A program made the position numbers and the translations under genes. Shown here piece after piece: positions 1 to 13,529 of a stretch of 64,000 nucleotides of DNA. The notes under the pieces are model-generated. The model was not told where the DNA came from and did not search any database. It saw only the letters and a list, made by a program, of their open reading frames with translations. Numbering within the stretch: the first letter of the stretch is position 1; the number at the start of each line of letters is the position of its first letter. This stretch comes from Eledone cirrhosa (taxonomy: Eukaryota): positions 14,694,001 to 14,758,000 of the forward strand of contig OZ024741.1 of NCBI GenBank assembly GCA_964016885.1, written 5' to 3'.

Positions 1-3000
1 TGGGCAGTGAGAGAGAGAGACGAGGAGATAGATATATAGATGGAGAGTGAGAGAGAGAGATCAGGAGATAGATATATAGATGGAGAGTGAGAGAGAGAGA
101 GACCAGGAGATAGATATATAGATGGGGAGTGAGAGAGAGAGAGACGAGGAGATAGATATATAGATGGGCAGTGAGAGAGAGAGACCAGGAGATAGATATA
201 TAGATGGAGAGTGAGAGAGAGAGAGACCAGGAGATAGATATATAGATGGAGAGTGAGAGAGAGAGAGACTAGGAGATAGATATATAGATGGGGAGTGAGA
301 GAGAGAGAGACGAGGAGATAGATATATAGATGGAGAGTGAGAGAGAGAGACCAGGAGATAGCTATATAGATGGAAAGTGAGAGAGAGAGACGAGGAGATA
401 GATATATAGATGGAGAGTGAGAGAGAGAGAGACCAGGAGATAGATATATAGATGGAAAGTGAGAGAGAGAGACGAGGAGATAGATATATAGATGGAGAGT
501 GAGAGAGAGAGAGACCAGGAGATAGATATATAGATGGAGAGTGAGAGAGAGAGACCAGGTGATAGATATATAGATGGAAAGTGAGAGAGAGAGACCAGGA
601 GATAGATATATAGATGGGCAGTGAGAGAGAGAGAGACTAGGAGATAGATATATAGATGGAGAGTGAGAGAGAGAGACCAGGAGATAGATATATAGATGGA
701 GAGTGAGAGAGAGACCAGGAGATAGATATATAGATGGAAAGTGAGAGAGAGAGACCAGGAGATAGATATATAGATGGAGAGTGAGAGAGAGAGAGACCAG
801 GAGATAGATATATAGATGGAGAGTGAGAGAGAGAGAGACCAGGAGATAGATATATAGATGGAAAGTGAGAGAGAGAGACCAGGAGATAGATATATAGATG
901 GGCAGTGAGAAAGAGAGACGAGGTGATAGATATATAGATGGAGAGTGAGAGAGAGAGACCAGGAGATAGATATATAGATGGAGAGTGAGAGAGAGAGAGA
1001 CCAGGAGATAGACATATAGATGGAAAGTGAGAGAGAGAGACGAGGAGATAGATATATAGATGGAGAGTGAGAGAGAGAGAGACCAGGAGATAGATATATA
1101 GATGGAAAGTGAGAGAGAGAGACCAGGAGATAGATATATAGATGGGCAGTGAGAGAGAGAGACGAGGAGATAGATATATAGATGGAGAGTGAGAGAGAGA
1201 GAGACCAGGAGATAGATATATAGATGGAAAGTGAGAGAGAGAGACCCGGCGATAGATATATAGATGGAGAGTGAGAGAGAGAGAGACCAGGAGATAGATA
1301 TATAGATGGACAGTGGGAGAGAGAGACCAGGAGATAGATATATAGATGGGCAGTGAGAGAGAGAGACAAGGAGATAGATATATAGATGGAGAGTGAGAGA
1401 GAGAGACCAGGAGATAGATATATAGATGGAAAGTGAGAGAGAGAGACGAGGAGATAGATATCTAGATGGAGAGTGAGAGAGAGAGAGAGACCAGGAGATA
1501 GATATATAGATGGAGAGTGAGAGAGAGAGACCAGGAGATAGATATATAGATGGGCAGTGAGAGAGAGAGAGACCAGGAGATAGATATATAGATGGAGAGT
1601 GAGAGAGAGAGACCAGGAGATAGATACATAGATGGAAAGTGAGAGAGAGAGACGAGGAGATAGATATATATCTGGAGAGTGAGAGAGAGACCAGGAGATA
1701 GATATATAGATGGAGAGTGAGAGAGAGAGACGAGGAGATAGATATATAGATGGAGAGTGAGAGAGAGAGACCAGGAGATAGATATATAGATGGAGAGTGA
1801 GAGAGAGAGAGACCCGGAGATAGATATATAGATGGACAGTGAGAGAGTGAGACGAGGAGATAGATATATAGATGGAGAGTGAGAGAGAGAGAGACCAGGA
1901 GATAGATATATAGATGGAAAGTGAGAGAGAGAGACCAGGAGATAGATATATAGATGGACAGTGAGAGAGAGACCAGGAGAGAGATATATAGATGGAGAGT
2001 GAGAGAGAGAGAGACCAGGAGATAGATATATAGATGGAGAGTGAGAGAGAGAGATCAGAAGATAGATATATAGATGGGCAGTGAGAGAGAGAGACGAGGA
2101 GATAGATATATAGATGGACAGTGAGAGAGAGAGACGAGGAGATAGATATATAGATGGAGAGTGAGAGAGAGACCAGAAGATAGATATATAGATGGACAGT
2201 GAGAGAGAGAGACGAGGAGATAGATATATAGATGGAGAGTGAGAGAGAGAGAGACCAGGAGATAGATATATAGATGGAAAGTGAGAGAGAGAGACCAGGC
2301 GATAGATATATAGATGGAAAGTGAGAGAGAGAGAGACCAGGAGATAGATATATAGATGGAGAGTGAGAGAGAGAGAGACCAGGAGATAGATATATAGATG
2401 GACAGTGAGAGAGAGACGAGTAGATAGATATATAGATGGACAGTGAGAGAGAGAGAGACGAGGAGATATATATATAGATGGAGAGTGAGAGAGAGAGACC
2501 AGGAGATAGATATATAGATGGAGAGTGAGAGAGAGAGACGAGGAGATAGATATATAGATGGAGAGTGAGAGAGAGAGAGACCAGGATATAGATATATAGA
2601 TGGAAAGTGAGAGAGAGAGACGAGGAGATAGATATATAGATGGAGAGTGAGAGAGAGAGAGACCAGGAGATAGATATATAGATGGAGAGTGAGAGAGAGA
2701 GAGACCAGGAGATAGATATATAGATGGAGAGTGAGAGAGAGAGAGACCAGGAGATAGATATATAGATGGGGAGTGAGAGAGAGAGAGACGAGGAGATAGA
2801 TATATAGATGGGCAGTGAGAGAGAGAGACCAGGAGATAGATATATAGATGGAGAGTGAGAGAGAGAGAGACCAGGAGATAGATATATAGATGGAGAGTGA
2901 GAGAGAGAGAGACTAGGAGATAGATATATAGATGGGGAGTGAGAGAGAGAGAGACGAGGAGATAGATATATAGATGGAGAGTGAGAGAGAGAGACCAGGA

Positions 3001-5839
3001 GATAGCTATATAGATGGAAAGTGAGAGAGAGAGACGAGGAGATAGATATATAGATGGAGAGTGAGAGAGAGAGAGACCAGGAGATAGATATATAGATGGA
3101 AAGTGAGAGAGAGAGACGAGGAGATAGATATATAGATGGAGAGTGAGAGAGAGAGAGACCAGGAGATAGATATATAGATGGAGAGTGAGAGAGAGAGACC
3201 AGGTGATAGATATATAGATGGAAAGTGAGAGAGAGAGACCAGGAGATAGATATATAGATGGGCAGTGAGAGAGAGAGAGACTAGGAGATAGATATATAGA
3301 TGGAGAGTGAGAGAGAGAGACCAGGAGATAGATATATAGATGGAGAGTGAGAGAGAGACCAGGAGATAGATATATAGATGGAAAGTGAGAGAGAGAGACC
3401 AGGAGATAGATATATAGATGGAGAGTGAGAGAGAGAGAGACCAGGAGATAGATATATAGATGGAGAGTGAGAGAGAGAGAGACCAGGAGATAGATATATA
3501 GATGGAAAGTGAGAGAGAGAGACCAGGAGATAGATATATAGATGGGCAGTGAGAAAGAGAGACGAGGTGATAGATATATAGATGGAGAGTGAGAGAGAGA
3601 GACCAGGAGATAGATATATAGATGGAGAGTGAGAGAGAGAGAGACCAGGAGATAGACATATAGATGGAAAGTGAGAGAGAGAGACGAGGAGATAGATATA
3701 TAGATGGAGAGTGAGAGAGAGAGAGACCAGGAGATAGATATATAGATGGAAAGTGAGAGAGAGAGACCAGGAGATAGATATATAGATGGGCAGTGAGAGA
3801 GAGAGACGAGGAGATAGATATATAGATGGAGAGTGAGAGAGAGAGAGACCAGGAGATAGATATATAGATGGAAAGTGAGAGAGAGAGACCCGGCGATAGA
3901 TATATAGATGGAGAGTGAGAGAGAGAGAGACCAGGAGATAGATATATAGATGGACAGTGGGAGAGAGAGACCAGGAGATAGATATATAGATGGGCAGTGA
4001 GAGAGAGAGACAAGGAGATAGATATATAGATGGAGAGTGAGAGAGAGAGACCAGGAGATAGATATATAGATGGAAAGTGAGAGAGAGAGACCCGGCGATA
4101 GATATATAGATGGAGAGTGAGAGAGAGAGACCAGGAGATAGATATATAGATGGAAAGTGAGAGAGAGAGACGAGGAGATAGATATCTAGATGGAGAGTGA
4201 GAGAGAGAGAGAGACCAGGAGATAGATATATAGATGGAGAGTGAGAGAGAGAGACCAGGAGATAGATATATAGATGGGCAGTGAGAGAGAGAGAGACCAG
4301 GAGATAGATATATAGATGGAGAGTGAGAGAGAGAGACCAGGAGATAGATACATAGATGGAAAGTGAGAGAGAGAGACGAGGAGATAGATATATATCTGGA
4401 GAGTGAGAGAGAGACCAGGAGATAGATATATAGATGGAGAGTGAGAGAGACGAGGAGATAGATATATAGATGGAGAGTGAGAGAGAGAGACCAGGAGATA
4501 GATATATAGATGGAGAGTGAGAGAGAGAGAGACCCGGAGATAGATATATAGATGGACAGTGAGAGAGTGAGACGAGGAGATAGATATATAGATGGAGAGT
4601 GAGAGAGAGAGAGACCAGGAGATAGATATATAGATGGAAAGTGAGAGAGAGAGACCAGGAGATAGATATATAGATGGACAGTGAGAGAGAGACCAGGAGA
4701 GAGATATATAGATGGAGAGTGAGAGAGAGAGAGACCAGGAGATAGATATATAGATGGAGAGTGAGAGAGAGAGACCAGAAGATAGATATATAGATGGGCA
4801 GTGAGAGAGAGAGACGAGGAGATAGATATATAGATGGACAGTGAGAGAGAGAGACGAGGAGATAGATATATAGATGGAGAGTGAGAGAGAGACCAGAAGA
4901 TAGATATATAGATGGACAGTGAGAGAGAGAGACGAGGAGATAGATATATAGATGGAGAGTGAGAGAGAGAGAGACCAGGAGATAGATATATAGATGGAAA
5001 GTGAGAGAGAGAGACCAGGCGATAGATATATAGATGGAAAGTGAGAGAGAGAGAGACCAGGAGATAGATATATAGATGGAGAGTGAGAGAGAGAGAGACC
5101 AGGAGATAGATATATAGATGGACAGTGAGAGAGAGACGAGTAGATAGATATATAGATGGACAGTGAGAGAGAGAGAGACGAGGAGATATATATATAGATG
5201 GAGAGTGAGAGAGAGAGACCAGGAGATAGATATATAGATGGAGAGTGAGAGAGAGAGACGAGGAGATAGATATATAGATGGAGAGTGAGAGAGAGAGAGA
5301 GACCAGGATATAGATATATAGATGGAAAGTGAGAGAGAGAGACGAGGAGATAGATATATAGATGGAGAGTGAGAGAGAGAGAGACCAGGAGATAGATATA
5401 TAGATGGAGAGTGAGAGAGAGAGAGACTAGGAGATAGATATATAGATGGAGAGTGAGAGAGAGAGACCAGGAGATAGATATATAGATGGACAGTGAGAGA
5501 GAGAGAGACCAGGAGATAGATATATAGATGGACAGTGAGAGAGAGACGAGGAGATAGATATATAGATGGACAGTGAGAGAGAGACGAGGAGATATATATA
5601 TAGATGGAGAGTGAGAGAGAGAGACCAGGAGATAGATATATAGATGGAGAGTGAGAGAGAGAGACGAGTAGATAGATATATAGATGGAGAGTGAGTAAGA
5701 GAGACCAGGAGATAGATATATAGATGGAGAGTGAGAGAGAGAGACGAGGAGATAGATATATAGATGTACAGTGAGAGAGAGATACGAGGAGATAGATATA
5801 TAGATGGAGAGTGAGAGAGAGAGACCAGGAGATAGATAT
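1..5839. repeat. ~38-44 bp composite satellite array, left part; consensus (C/G)AGGA-GATAGATATATAGATG-GA(G/A/C)AGT-(GA)n-C
   Basis: Uninterrupted tandem monomers; length varies only in the (GA)n run; the array runs off the window start. Confidence 0.98.
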
Positions 5840-6104
5840 GTTTCTTTTATTTGCCACCAGGGCATCAAAAGTGGGAAAAGTACAATGGGGGGAGTTTACA
5901 AAACAAGGCGTCCTCACTAAGGAGGAGGCAATAACAATATATTAAAAATAAAATAAAATATAACAAAAAATAAAATTTATAATAAAGTCCTCAATAGAGA
6001 GGAGGCGCCTTGGGGGGTTGCACACACCCCCGAAAAAAAGTGTGCAACCCTTTTCCTCGGGAGCACAGAGAAGGGGTGCTCCCTTGGTCTTTCATCTTCC
6101 TCAC

Positions 6105-9100
6105 CTATAGTCTGATGTAGAGTGAAGGCCCATTCACACGGGCCATTCTCGCCACTTTCACCCATCTTTCATAAAAACGGCTGGGGTGCAGCACCTCTCT
6201 CTCCATCCTGATCCTTCTTCCGAAATGATATCGGAAGAAACGGACCAGTTGTTGGCCAGAGAGAAAGGTGTCTGACCTTAGTCCTTTCAGACGCGTCCAC
6301 CATACAACCTCTTTCGCCATGGCTATTACGCACAGAAACACCGCCTCTTCTTCGTTTTTGAAGAGGGGAGGCGGCTTGATCGTTACAATAGACTCGGTGG
6401 TCAACCGGATCGGTCCCACCCTTGACAGCAGTTGTTCGACATAGCCCCACAGATCGGCAATGCCCGAGCAGTGTACCAATGCGTGTGCAACGGTTTCCTC
6501 GTCGCACACGCATCTGGGACAGATCTTTTTCGAGGGGTCCCTACCCGGACGCCCGTGTCTGTAGAGCCTTTCTCGAACGGGCAGAGCCCTTCTGTAGCAT
6601 TGCCAGGCCAGGGACCTCTGGAAGTTATCCATGGGTCCCGGGCTGAATGTCCTACCGAACAGGTTGGCCAGTTCGTCTTCCTCCATGCCTAGGGCTTCTC
6701 CTAGGGCGTCGTCGCACCTGCTAACCCCCAGCCCTATATAGAATGACGAGGTGGATTCTCCACTGACAGCCGGGTCCGCCTGCCAGAGAGCCGTGAGCGC
6801 CTGGGCACACTCGGTGTGCCAGGCGCCCAGTTTTCTCGGTCTTTGCTTGACCCAAGATTGCAGCTCGGTGAGTGAGACGAGTCTGGGAAAGGCTCGCCTC
6901 ACAAACGGGGCCCACACCGGTTGACCGGAGAGGAATACCTGGAGGTGCCGTAGCCTTAATGCGTGTTTACGTATCATTAGCCACGGCATCCCCAGCCCTC
7001 CTTTCGAAGGGTGTTGACAGCAGATGGATCTCCTCACCATAGGAGCCCGCTTCTTCCAAAGGAATTGAAAGAGTGCGCGCTCCATTTTGGCGAGCGTTTC
7101 CCTTGGGCAAGGCACAACGGTCAGGCGGTAGTAGATGACGGACGCTATATAAGTGTTCGCCACCTCCGCCCGACCTTTCAGGGACAGATTTCACTCGGCC
7201 CACTTCTGGGTCAGTGCAAACACCCTGTTCGTTACCTCACCCCAGTTCTTCTCCACCTGGAGGTCTGCTCCGAACCAGACCCCGAGCAACTTCACCGGGC
7301 CCTCCGTCCAGCGCCCGACGACGCCATCGGAGGGCATCGATCTGCCTCTCCACGTGCCGAGTTGCAGACCGATCGACTTGTCCCGGTTCAGCTTAGCCCC
7401 TGTAAAGCTTTCGTACTCTTCTAGTAAGGTGCCGATCGCCCCGATTTCCGAGGCTGTCGACACCATTACGGTTACGTCATCGGCGTAGGCTGACACCGCT
7501 TTCCGCAATCCCGGTTCCAACGGGAGGCCCTGCAACAACTCCAACTTCCTTAGCAGTGGCTCTAGAGTCATTACATACAGAAGGGAGGAGAGAGGGCACC
7601 CCTGTCGGATGGACCGCGCGATTTCGAAAGGCTCCGAGAGGTAGCCGTTCACCTTGACCCTAGAGCAGATGCGGCTGCTGTACATGGCATTGATCCAGCC
7701 CCTGAAAACGGGTCCGAATCCTGCCGCCGCAAGCACCGCATCCAGGTAACCATGGTCGACCCTATCGAATGCCTTAGATTGATCCAAGTTGATCAGGGCC
7801 CCAACAAAGCCGGGTTCGTTCCCAACCCTCTCTATGATGTATCGCATGAGGTGGAGGTTGTCGTGGATGAACCTGGACGGGATAGCACATGTCTGCGCAT
7901 CTCCCACCAGGTTGCCCACGACAAGCGCCAAACTCTTTGCTAGCACCTTGGCCAAAATCTGTAAATCTGTATCTAGCAGAGTTATGGGCCTGAAATTATT
8001 TATATCGTCCCCCTTGTTCTCGTCCTTCCTCACTAGCGTGACTACGCCCTTGGTCACAGCACAGGGAATTCTCCCGTTCTGTTGCCAGTTGCAGTAGACC
8101 GCCTCGAGGAGATCGGGGAACAAGTCCGGCATAGCTAGATATAGTTCGTATGGAAGACCATCGAGACCCGGGGATTTGCGTTTGCCGCATTGGCTCAGCA
8201 CGTCCTCTATCTCAGCGGCTGAAATCGGCTCCTCGCAGTACTTCGCCTCCCTGTCCGAGAGACGCGGCAGGCCGTCGAGGTATGGACCGAAGTCCACATC
8301 CCCAACCGGCTCCCGCCCCTTCCGAACAATCCGGCAAAGTGCTTTTGAAAAGCCTCGCATATCTGCTTAGTTTCAAGGATCACCCGTCCATCCTGGTCTC
8401 GCAAAGACCGGATAGTGGATCTGCTCGCTCTTTTGGCTTCTGTCACGCGGGCCCAGCTAACAGCTTTGGTCCCCTCGTTTCCTAGAGCACGTATTTTGCT
8501 TCGGACGATGCAGCCTTCGTGTTTCGCGTCGAAGAACTGACCCAGGGCCTTTCTGGACGCTAGCACTCTGGCCACGTCGCCGCTTCTAATTGCCTCTTCT
8601 ACACTATCTATCAACTCCCTTTCCTTCCTGTTTATATTAGAAGCTAACTCCTTACTAAATTCTATAGAGACTACTCTAATCTCTCTTTTGAGAGATCCCC
8701 ACCACCTGCTGTTGACGATGGCGTCCGTCAACCGCTCCTTAACTAAAGTGCTAATCCGGTTCCTGTAAGCCTTACTTGCCGGTAAGGACAAGTTGAGCTT
8801 CCAGTAGCCGGGTCCCTGTCTATGAGTTCTGTCAAGGTCGACCATGCAGGTCACTAACTTGTGGTCTGAATAGCCAACCATGCTCATTTTTGGACAACTT
8901 AAAAAGTCCTTATCCTTAATTCTAACTAAGAACCTATCTAGGTACGACCTAGATGATCCGCTACGATCTGCCCAAGTCCAGGTTGACGCAGTCGGAAAAT
9001 CTAGTCGATATCTATCGGCCAGGTCAAATCGACCGATTAACCCTTTGAGGCTATTGCACCCCTCTCTATCGGGACAGGCCCCTACGTAGTCCCAGTGTGC

Positions 9101-9541
9101 ATCTAGGATACCATTCCAGTCCCCCACTAATAGCAAGGAGCGGGACGTCCCTAGAAAAGTCTCCAGACGATGGAAGAAGTCCGGCCGCATTGACCCGAAA
9201 GGGCCGTAGGCGGCTACCAACCTAAACGCTCCGCCTTCACCACTGCCAAGGTCCAGAACCACTAGTCGACCCTCCGGGTCCAAATGTACCATCTGTGTTG
9301 CGAGACCCAGATGTTTTTGCAGCAGAACGACAACTCCACCCCCACCTTCGGGCTGACAGAGAGATGCGTGCATCTCAAAGTCATCAAAGGTGGGGGCCAG
9401 CTGTCGCACGTTGCTGATCCGGGCCTCGCAAATAACCATCACATCTATACGTTGTGACCTGAGGTCATTTAGAAGCATTGCTTGCTTCCAAGTTGAGCCC
9501 AGGCCACGCGCATTTAAACAGCCTACTCTTAGCATAGCCAT
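6105..9541 (-). pseudogene. ORF2 of copy A (AP endonuclease + reverse transcriptase + zf-RVT-like C-terminus), disrupted
   Basis: ATG at 9541 (MAMLRVGCLNARG). One frame change at ~8290-8330 and one in-frame TGA at 7191-7193 (QKWAE*NLSLKGRAEV). YADD at 7476-7487. Confidence 0.92.
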
Positions 9542-9565
9542 GTTGGTGGTGAAGAGAAAAGGCAC

Positions 9566-11521
9566 TTACCTCTCTGCGTCCCGGGTATCGGGCTGCACAA
9601 TTTCCATGAGGGTGGGGGATGGGTTGTTGGGTGGGGTGGTGGTTTCTGGCGGGGTGGGGACGGAGGTGTTTGGTGGGGAAGGGGTGTTTGGTGGGGTGGG
9701 GATGACTTGGGTGGGGGTGCCTGTGGTGGGGAGGCCTTTGTAGAGGACGCGGTTGATTGGTTTCACGCAGGAATTCCCCACGTCCTCTACAAATGTTTCT
9801 TTTAGGGATCTATAAGTTCCTATAGGGACCCTGATCAGTTTTAGGTTCATTTTTTTGTTTTTGTTGGAGCTATCCAAAGTTTTCCCTTCGGTTTTGACCA
9901 AAGGGTTGTTTCTGATGGTCTCCATCAGTGTTCTATTTTCTTCGTTTATGTAAGTGTATGTGTACTTTTCCTGTGTTGTGTTTGTTTTTGTCTGTGGTTC
10001 CTGCACGTGTTTTCTCTTTGTTGTGGGTGTTTTGTTTTCGGGAGGGAGGGGGAACTTTTGTTTGTGATTTTTGTGCTGTTTGTGCTGGTGTTTGTGTGTT
10101 TGTTTCGTTTTTTTCATGCGGTTCTTTCTTTTTATTCTTTACACGGGTTGGAAGGGTTCCTCCTCATCGCCGCTGGGTGCCGTCGATAGGGGTTCCTCAT
10201 CCGTGTTGATGGGTAGGGGTATGTTTTGGGGTTCTGTAGTGTCTGTGTGTGTTTTTGTATTTGTTTTGGGTGGGGAGGAGTTGGGTGGAATATTGTTCTC
10301 TGTTGTTTTTTCTTGTTGTCGTGGTGGTGGTGGTGGTGGTTGTGTTGTTATTTGTGGTGTTGGTAAAAGTGGGTTTTTTTTTTGTCAATTGAGGACAGGC
10401 AGCCCTTAGCTGACCTCTGCTTGCGCAGTGGTAACATGCGGACCGCCTACCCTCAATCGAAATGTTTATGTAGGTCTGTCCATCCAGATGTACTCTCTGT
10501 GGGATTTTCATTATACGTTCTGGGCTCATCTGCACCAGAATTTCGATGCTAGTCCCACTAAATATATCTCTGGAGGATTTTCCTACTGAGATCAAAGTGT
10601 CTTGTTCAAGGTCAATTAGGCCATAAAGTATCCACCACATATCTACTTTGGGTCTTATACATGTAATTTTTATTTTTTGCGTTCTTTTTCCCATGTATGT
10701 AGGGAAAATGTAAAATGGGTGGACACAATGGGCGCGATGGAATATTTTTGTGCTGTTATGTTGTTTTTCATTAGCACCGAGATGCTGCCGAAAAGTTTGG
10801 CTTTCTGAATAAATAAAATGTTATCCATGTGGTTCCTTAATACTAGCTCAATCTCACTCTGAGATAATTGAGCTGGTTTTTTTGATGCATTTGAGATTGT
10901 CCTGAAAACCACCGTGTTCAGGGCATTTTCTCTCCTTAGTCCTTGTGGTGAATTTATGCTAAATGACCCATTGGGTCCAAAAGTCACATATTGTTTAGCA
11001 TCTTCCAACTTTTGTTTCGCGTTGGTTAAATCCAAAAGTTGAAATATTTCCGGTTTTTTTACGGTATCAGCAAAAGAAATTTTGATGTTGTTGTCACTGT
11101 TGTTTGTATTTTCTTTGGTGTTTGTGTTGACATTTTTTTTCCTTTTGATTGGTATTGTTGGATGTGTTTTCAATTTTTTTCACTTTCTGTATTTTTTGGT
11201 GTCTGTTGTGGGCTGTTATTTTCATTTTTTTGTAGTGTGAAATTCCCTTTCTTTACGAAAGGAAGTGTTTACTACATATGTGACGTTTGTGTTGTTGTTG
11301 TTTTTGTTGTCTTTATTGTTGCTGTTGTTGTCGTTGTTGTTGTTGTTTTCAGTTTCTTGTATAGTTGTGGCTACATCAAGTTGTCGGTCAACAGGTGAAG
11401 ACAATTCTTCCTCTGGCTGACCTCTGCCTTTGGCATCTGCTGCTGTGACAGTGGCAGGGGGAAGCTGTGAGTATGATGTCCCTTTTCTTTCTTTGATTGT
11501 TGGTGAAGATGCTTCAGCCAT
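9566..11521 (-). pseudogene. ORF1 (gag-like) of copy A, frameshifted
   Basis: ATG at 11521 (MAEASSPTIKERKG). Pieces 11222-11530, 10670-11173, 10197-10694 and 9566-10117 are collinear with copy B ORF1. Zinc knuckle has His replaced by Gln; Asn/Thr/Pro-rich linkers. Confidence 0.85.
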
Positions 11522-11760
11522 TTTTCTCAAAATAAGATTTTTCGAAATTTTTCGAAAGATAAAATGTTTACAACACTATTTCGCCTAAAGGCGTAGAATA
11601 TTTTGAGAGACTCACCAGATCAAAATTTGACCTGGCAGTCCCTCTACAAAATGGTACGAAAATGAAAGTTTACAGTTCACAATTTCCAGATAAATTTAAA
11701 CGAAACTTACCGAGCGAGCTCAGCACATGTGTCCATCGTTAGACAGAGATAGATAGATAG

Positions 11761-13529
11761 CAGCGAATCCAGGTAACCATGGTCGACCCTATCGAACGCC
11801 TTAGATTGATCCAAGTTGATCAGAGCCCCACAAAAGCCGGGTTCGTTCCCAACCCTCTCTATGATGTATCGCATGAGGTGGAGGTTGTCATGGATGGACC
11901 TGGACGGGATAGCACATATCTGCGCATCTCCCACCAGGTTGCCCACGACAAGCGCCAACCTCTTTGCTAACACCTTGGCCAAAATCTGTAACTCTGTATT
12001 TAGCAGAGTTATGGGCCTGAAGTTACTTATTTCGTCCCCCTTGTTCTCGTCCTTCCTCACTAGCGTGACTACGCCCTTGGTCACAGTACAGGGAATTCTC
12101 CCGTTCTATTGCCAGTTGCAGTAGACCGCCTCGAGGAGATCGGGGAACAAGTCCGGCATAGCTAGATATAATTCGTAAGGAAGACCATCGAGACCCGGGG
12201 ATTTGCGTTTGCCGCATTGGCTCAGCACGTCCTCTATCTCGGCGGCTGAAATCGGCTCCTCGTAGGACTTCGCCTCCCTGTTTGAGAGACGCGGCAGGCG
12301 CTCGAGGTATGGACCGAAGTCCACATCCCCAACCGGCTCCCGCCCCTTCCGAACAATCGGGCAAAGTTCCTTTGAAAGGCCTCACACATCTGCTGAGGCT
12401 CAAGGATCGCCCGTCCATCCTGGTCTCGCAAAGACCGGATGGTGGATTTAGTTCCACCATTGGCCTCTGTCACGCGGGCCCAGCCAACAGCTTTGGTCCC
12501 CTCGTTCCCTAGAGCACGTATTTTACTTCGGATAACGCAGCCTTCGTGCTTCGCGTCGAAAAGCTGGCTCAAAGCCGTTCTCGACGCTAGCACTCTGGCC
12601 ACGTCGCCGCTTCTAATTGCCTCTTCTACTCTATCTATTAGCTCCCTTTCCTTCCTATTCCTATCCGCAGCTAGAACCTTACTAAATTCTATCGAGACTA
12701 CTCTAATGTCTCTCTTTAGAGATACACACCACCTGCTGTGGACGATCGCTCCAGTCAACCGTTCCTTAAGTAACGTACTAATCCGATCCCTGTAAGCTCT
12801 ACTTGCCGGCAAGGACAAGTTGAGCTTCCAGTAACCGGGGCCCTGTCTATGCGTTCTATCAAGGTTGACCATGCAGGTCACCAACTTGTGCTCTGAATAG
12901 CCAACCATGAGCATTTCTGGACAACTTAAAATGTCCCTGTCCTTATTTCTAACTAAAAATCTATCTAGGTACGACCCAGATGATCCGCTGCGATTTGACC
13001 AAGACCAGGTTGGCACCGTCGGAAAATCTAGTCGAAATATATCGGCCAGGTCCAATCGGCCGAGTAACCCCTTGAAGCTGTTGCACCCCTCTCTATCGGG
13101 ACATGCCCCTGCATAGTCCCAACGTGCATCCAGGATACCATTCCAGTCCCCCACTAAAAGCAGGGAACGAGACATCCCAAGAAAAGACTCCAGACGCTGG
13201 AAAAAGTCGGGCCGCTCTGTCCCAAAAGGGGCATATGCGGCTACCAGCCTAAAGGCTCCACCTTCACCACTGCCAAGGTCCAGCACCACCAGTCGACCCC
13301 CTTGGTACAAGTGAACTATCTGTGTGGCAAGACCCAGATGTTTTTGCAGCAGAACGACAACCCCACCCCCACCTCCGGGCTGACAGAGAGATGCGTGCAT
13401 CTCAAAGTCGTCAAAGGTGGGGGCTAGCTGTCGCATGCTGCTGATCCGGGCCTCGCAGATAACCATCAGATTTATAGATCGTGACCTGAGGTCATTTAGA
13501 AGCATTGCTTGCTTCCAAGATAAGCCCAT
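11761..13529 (-). pseudogene. ORF2 remnant of copy B (EN lacking N-terminus, linker, partial RT)
   Basis: Deletion removes the MAMLRVGCLNAR start; frame change at ~12317-12357; in-frame TAG at 12106-12108 (CNWQ*NGRIP); ends before YADD. Confidence 0.9.

Larger units (their letters stand above)
5840..11739 (-). mobile_element. Full-length Tx1-clade non-LTR retrotransposon (copy A): 5'UTR, ORF1, ORF2 (APE-RT-zinc finger), 3'UTR
   Basis: ORF1 with knuckle-like CYHCASRGQLRAAC; APE motifs LNARG, GDWN, YLDRF, SDH; RT motifs KSPGLDG, FRPITLL, DQSKAFDRV, RQGCPLS, YADD; C-terminal CPRC..ETVAHALVHC; AATAAA at 5846-5851; 5' end shared with copy B. Confidence 0.95.

Noticed and set aside
1-5839. CRISPR-like regular repeat spacing
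   Set aside because: No unique spacers, no cas genes, eukaryotic context.
362-5917. Long S/L/Y/I-rich ORFs in the satellite (also 15415-17694)
   Set aside because: Translations of a tandem repeat that lacks stops on one strand; open in several frames.
11644-11710. Possible 67-nt GT-AG intron and uORF (MDTCAELAR) in the Tx1 5'UTR
   Set aside because: Splicing would not join the uORF to ORF1 (stop follows); no supporting evidence beyond consensus-like ends.
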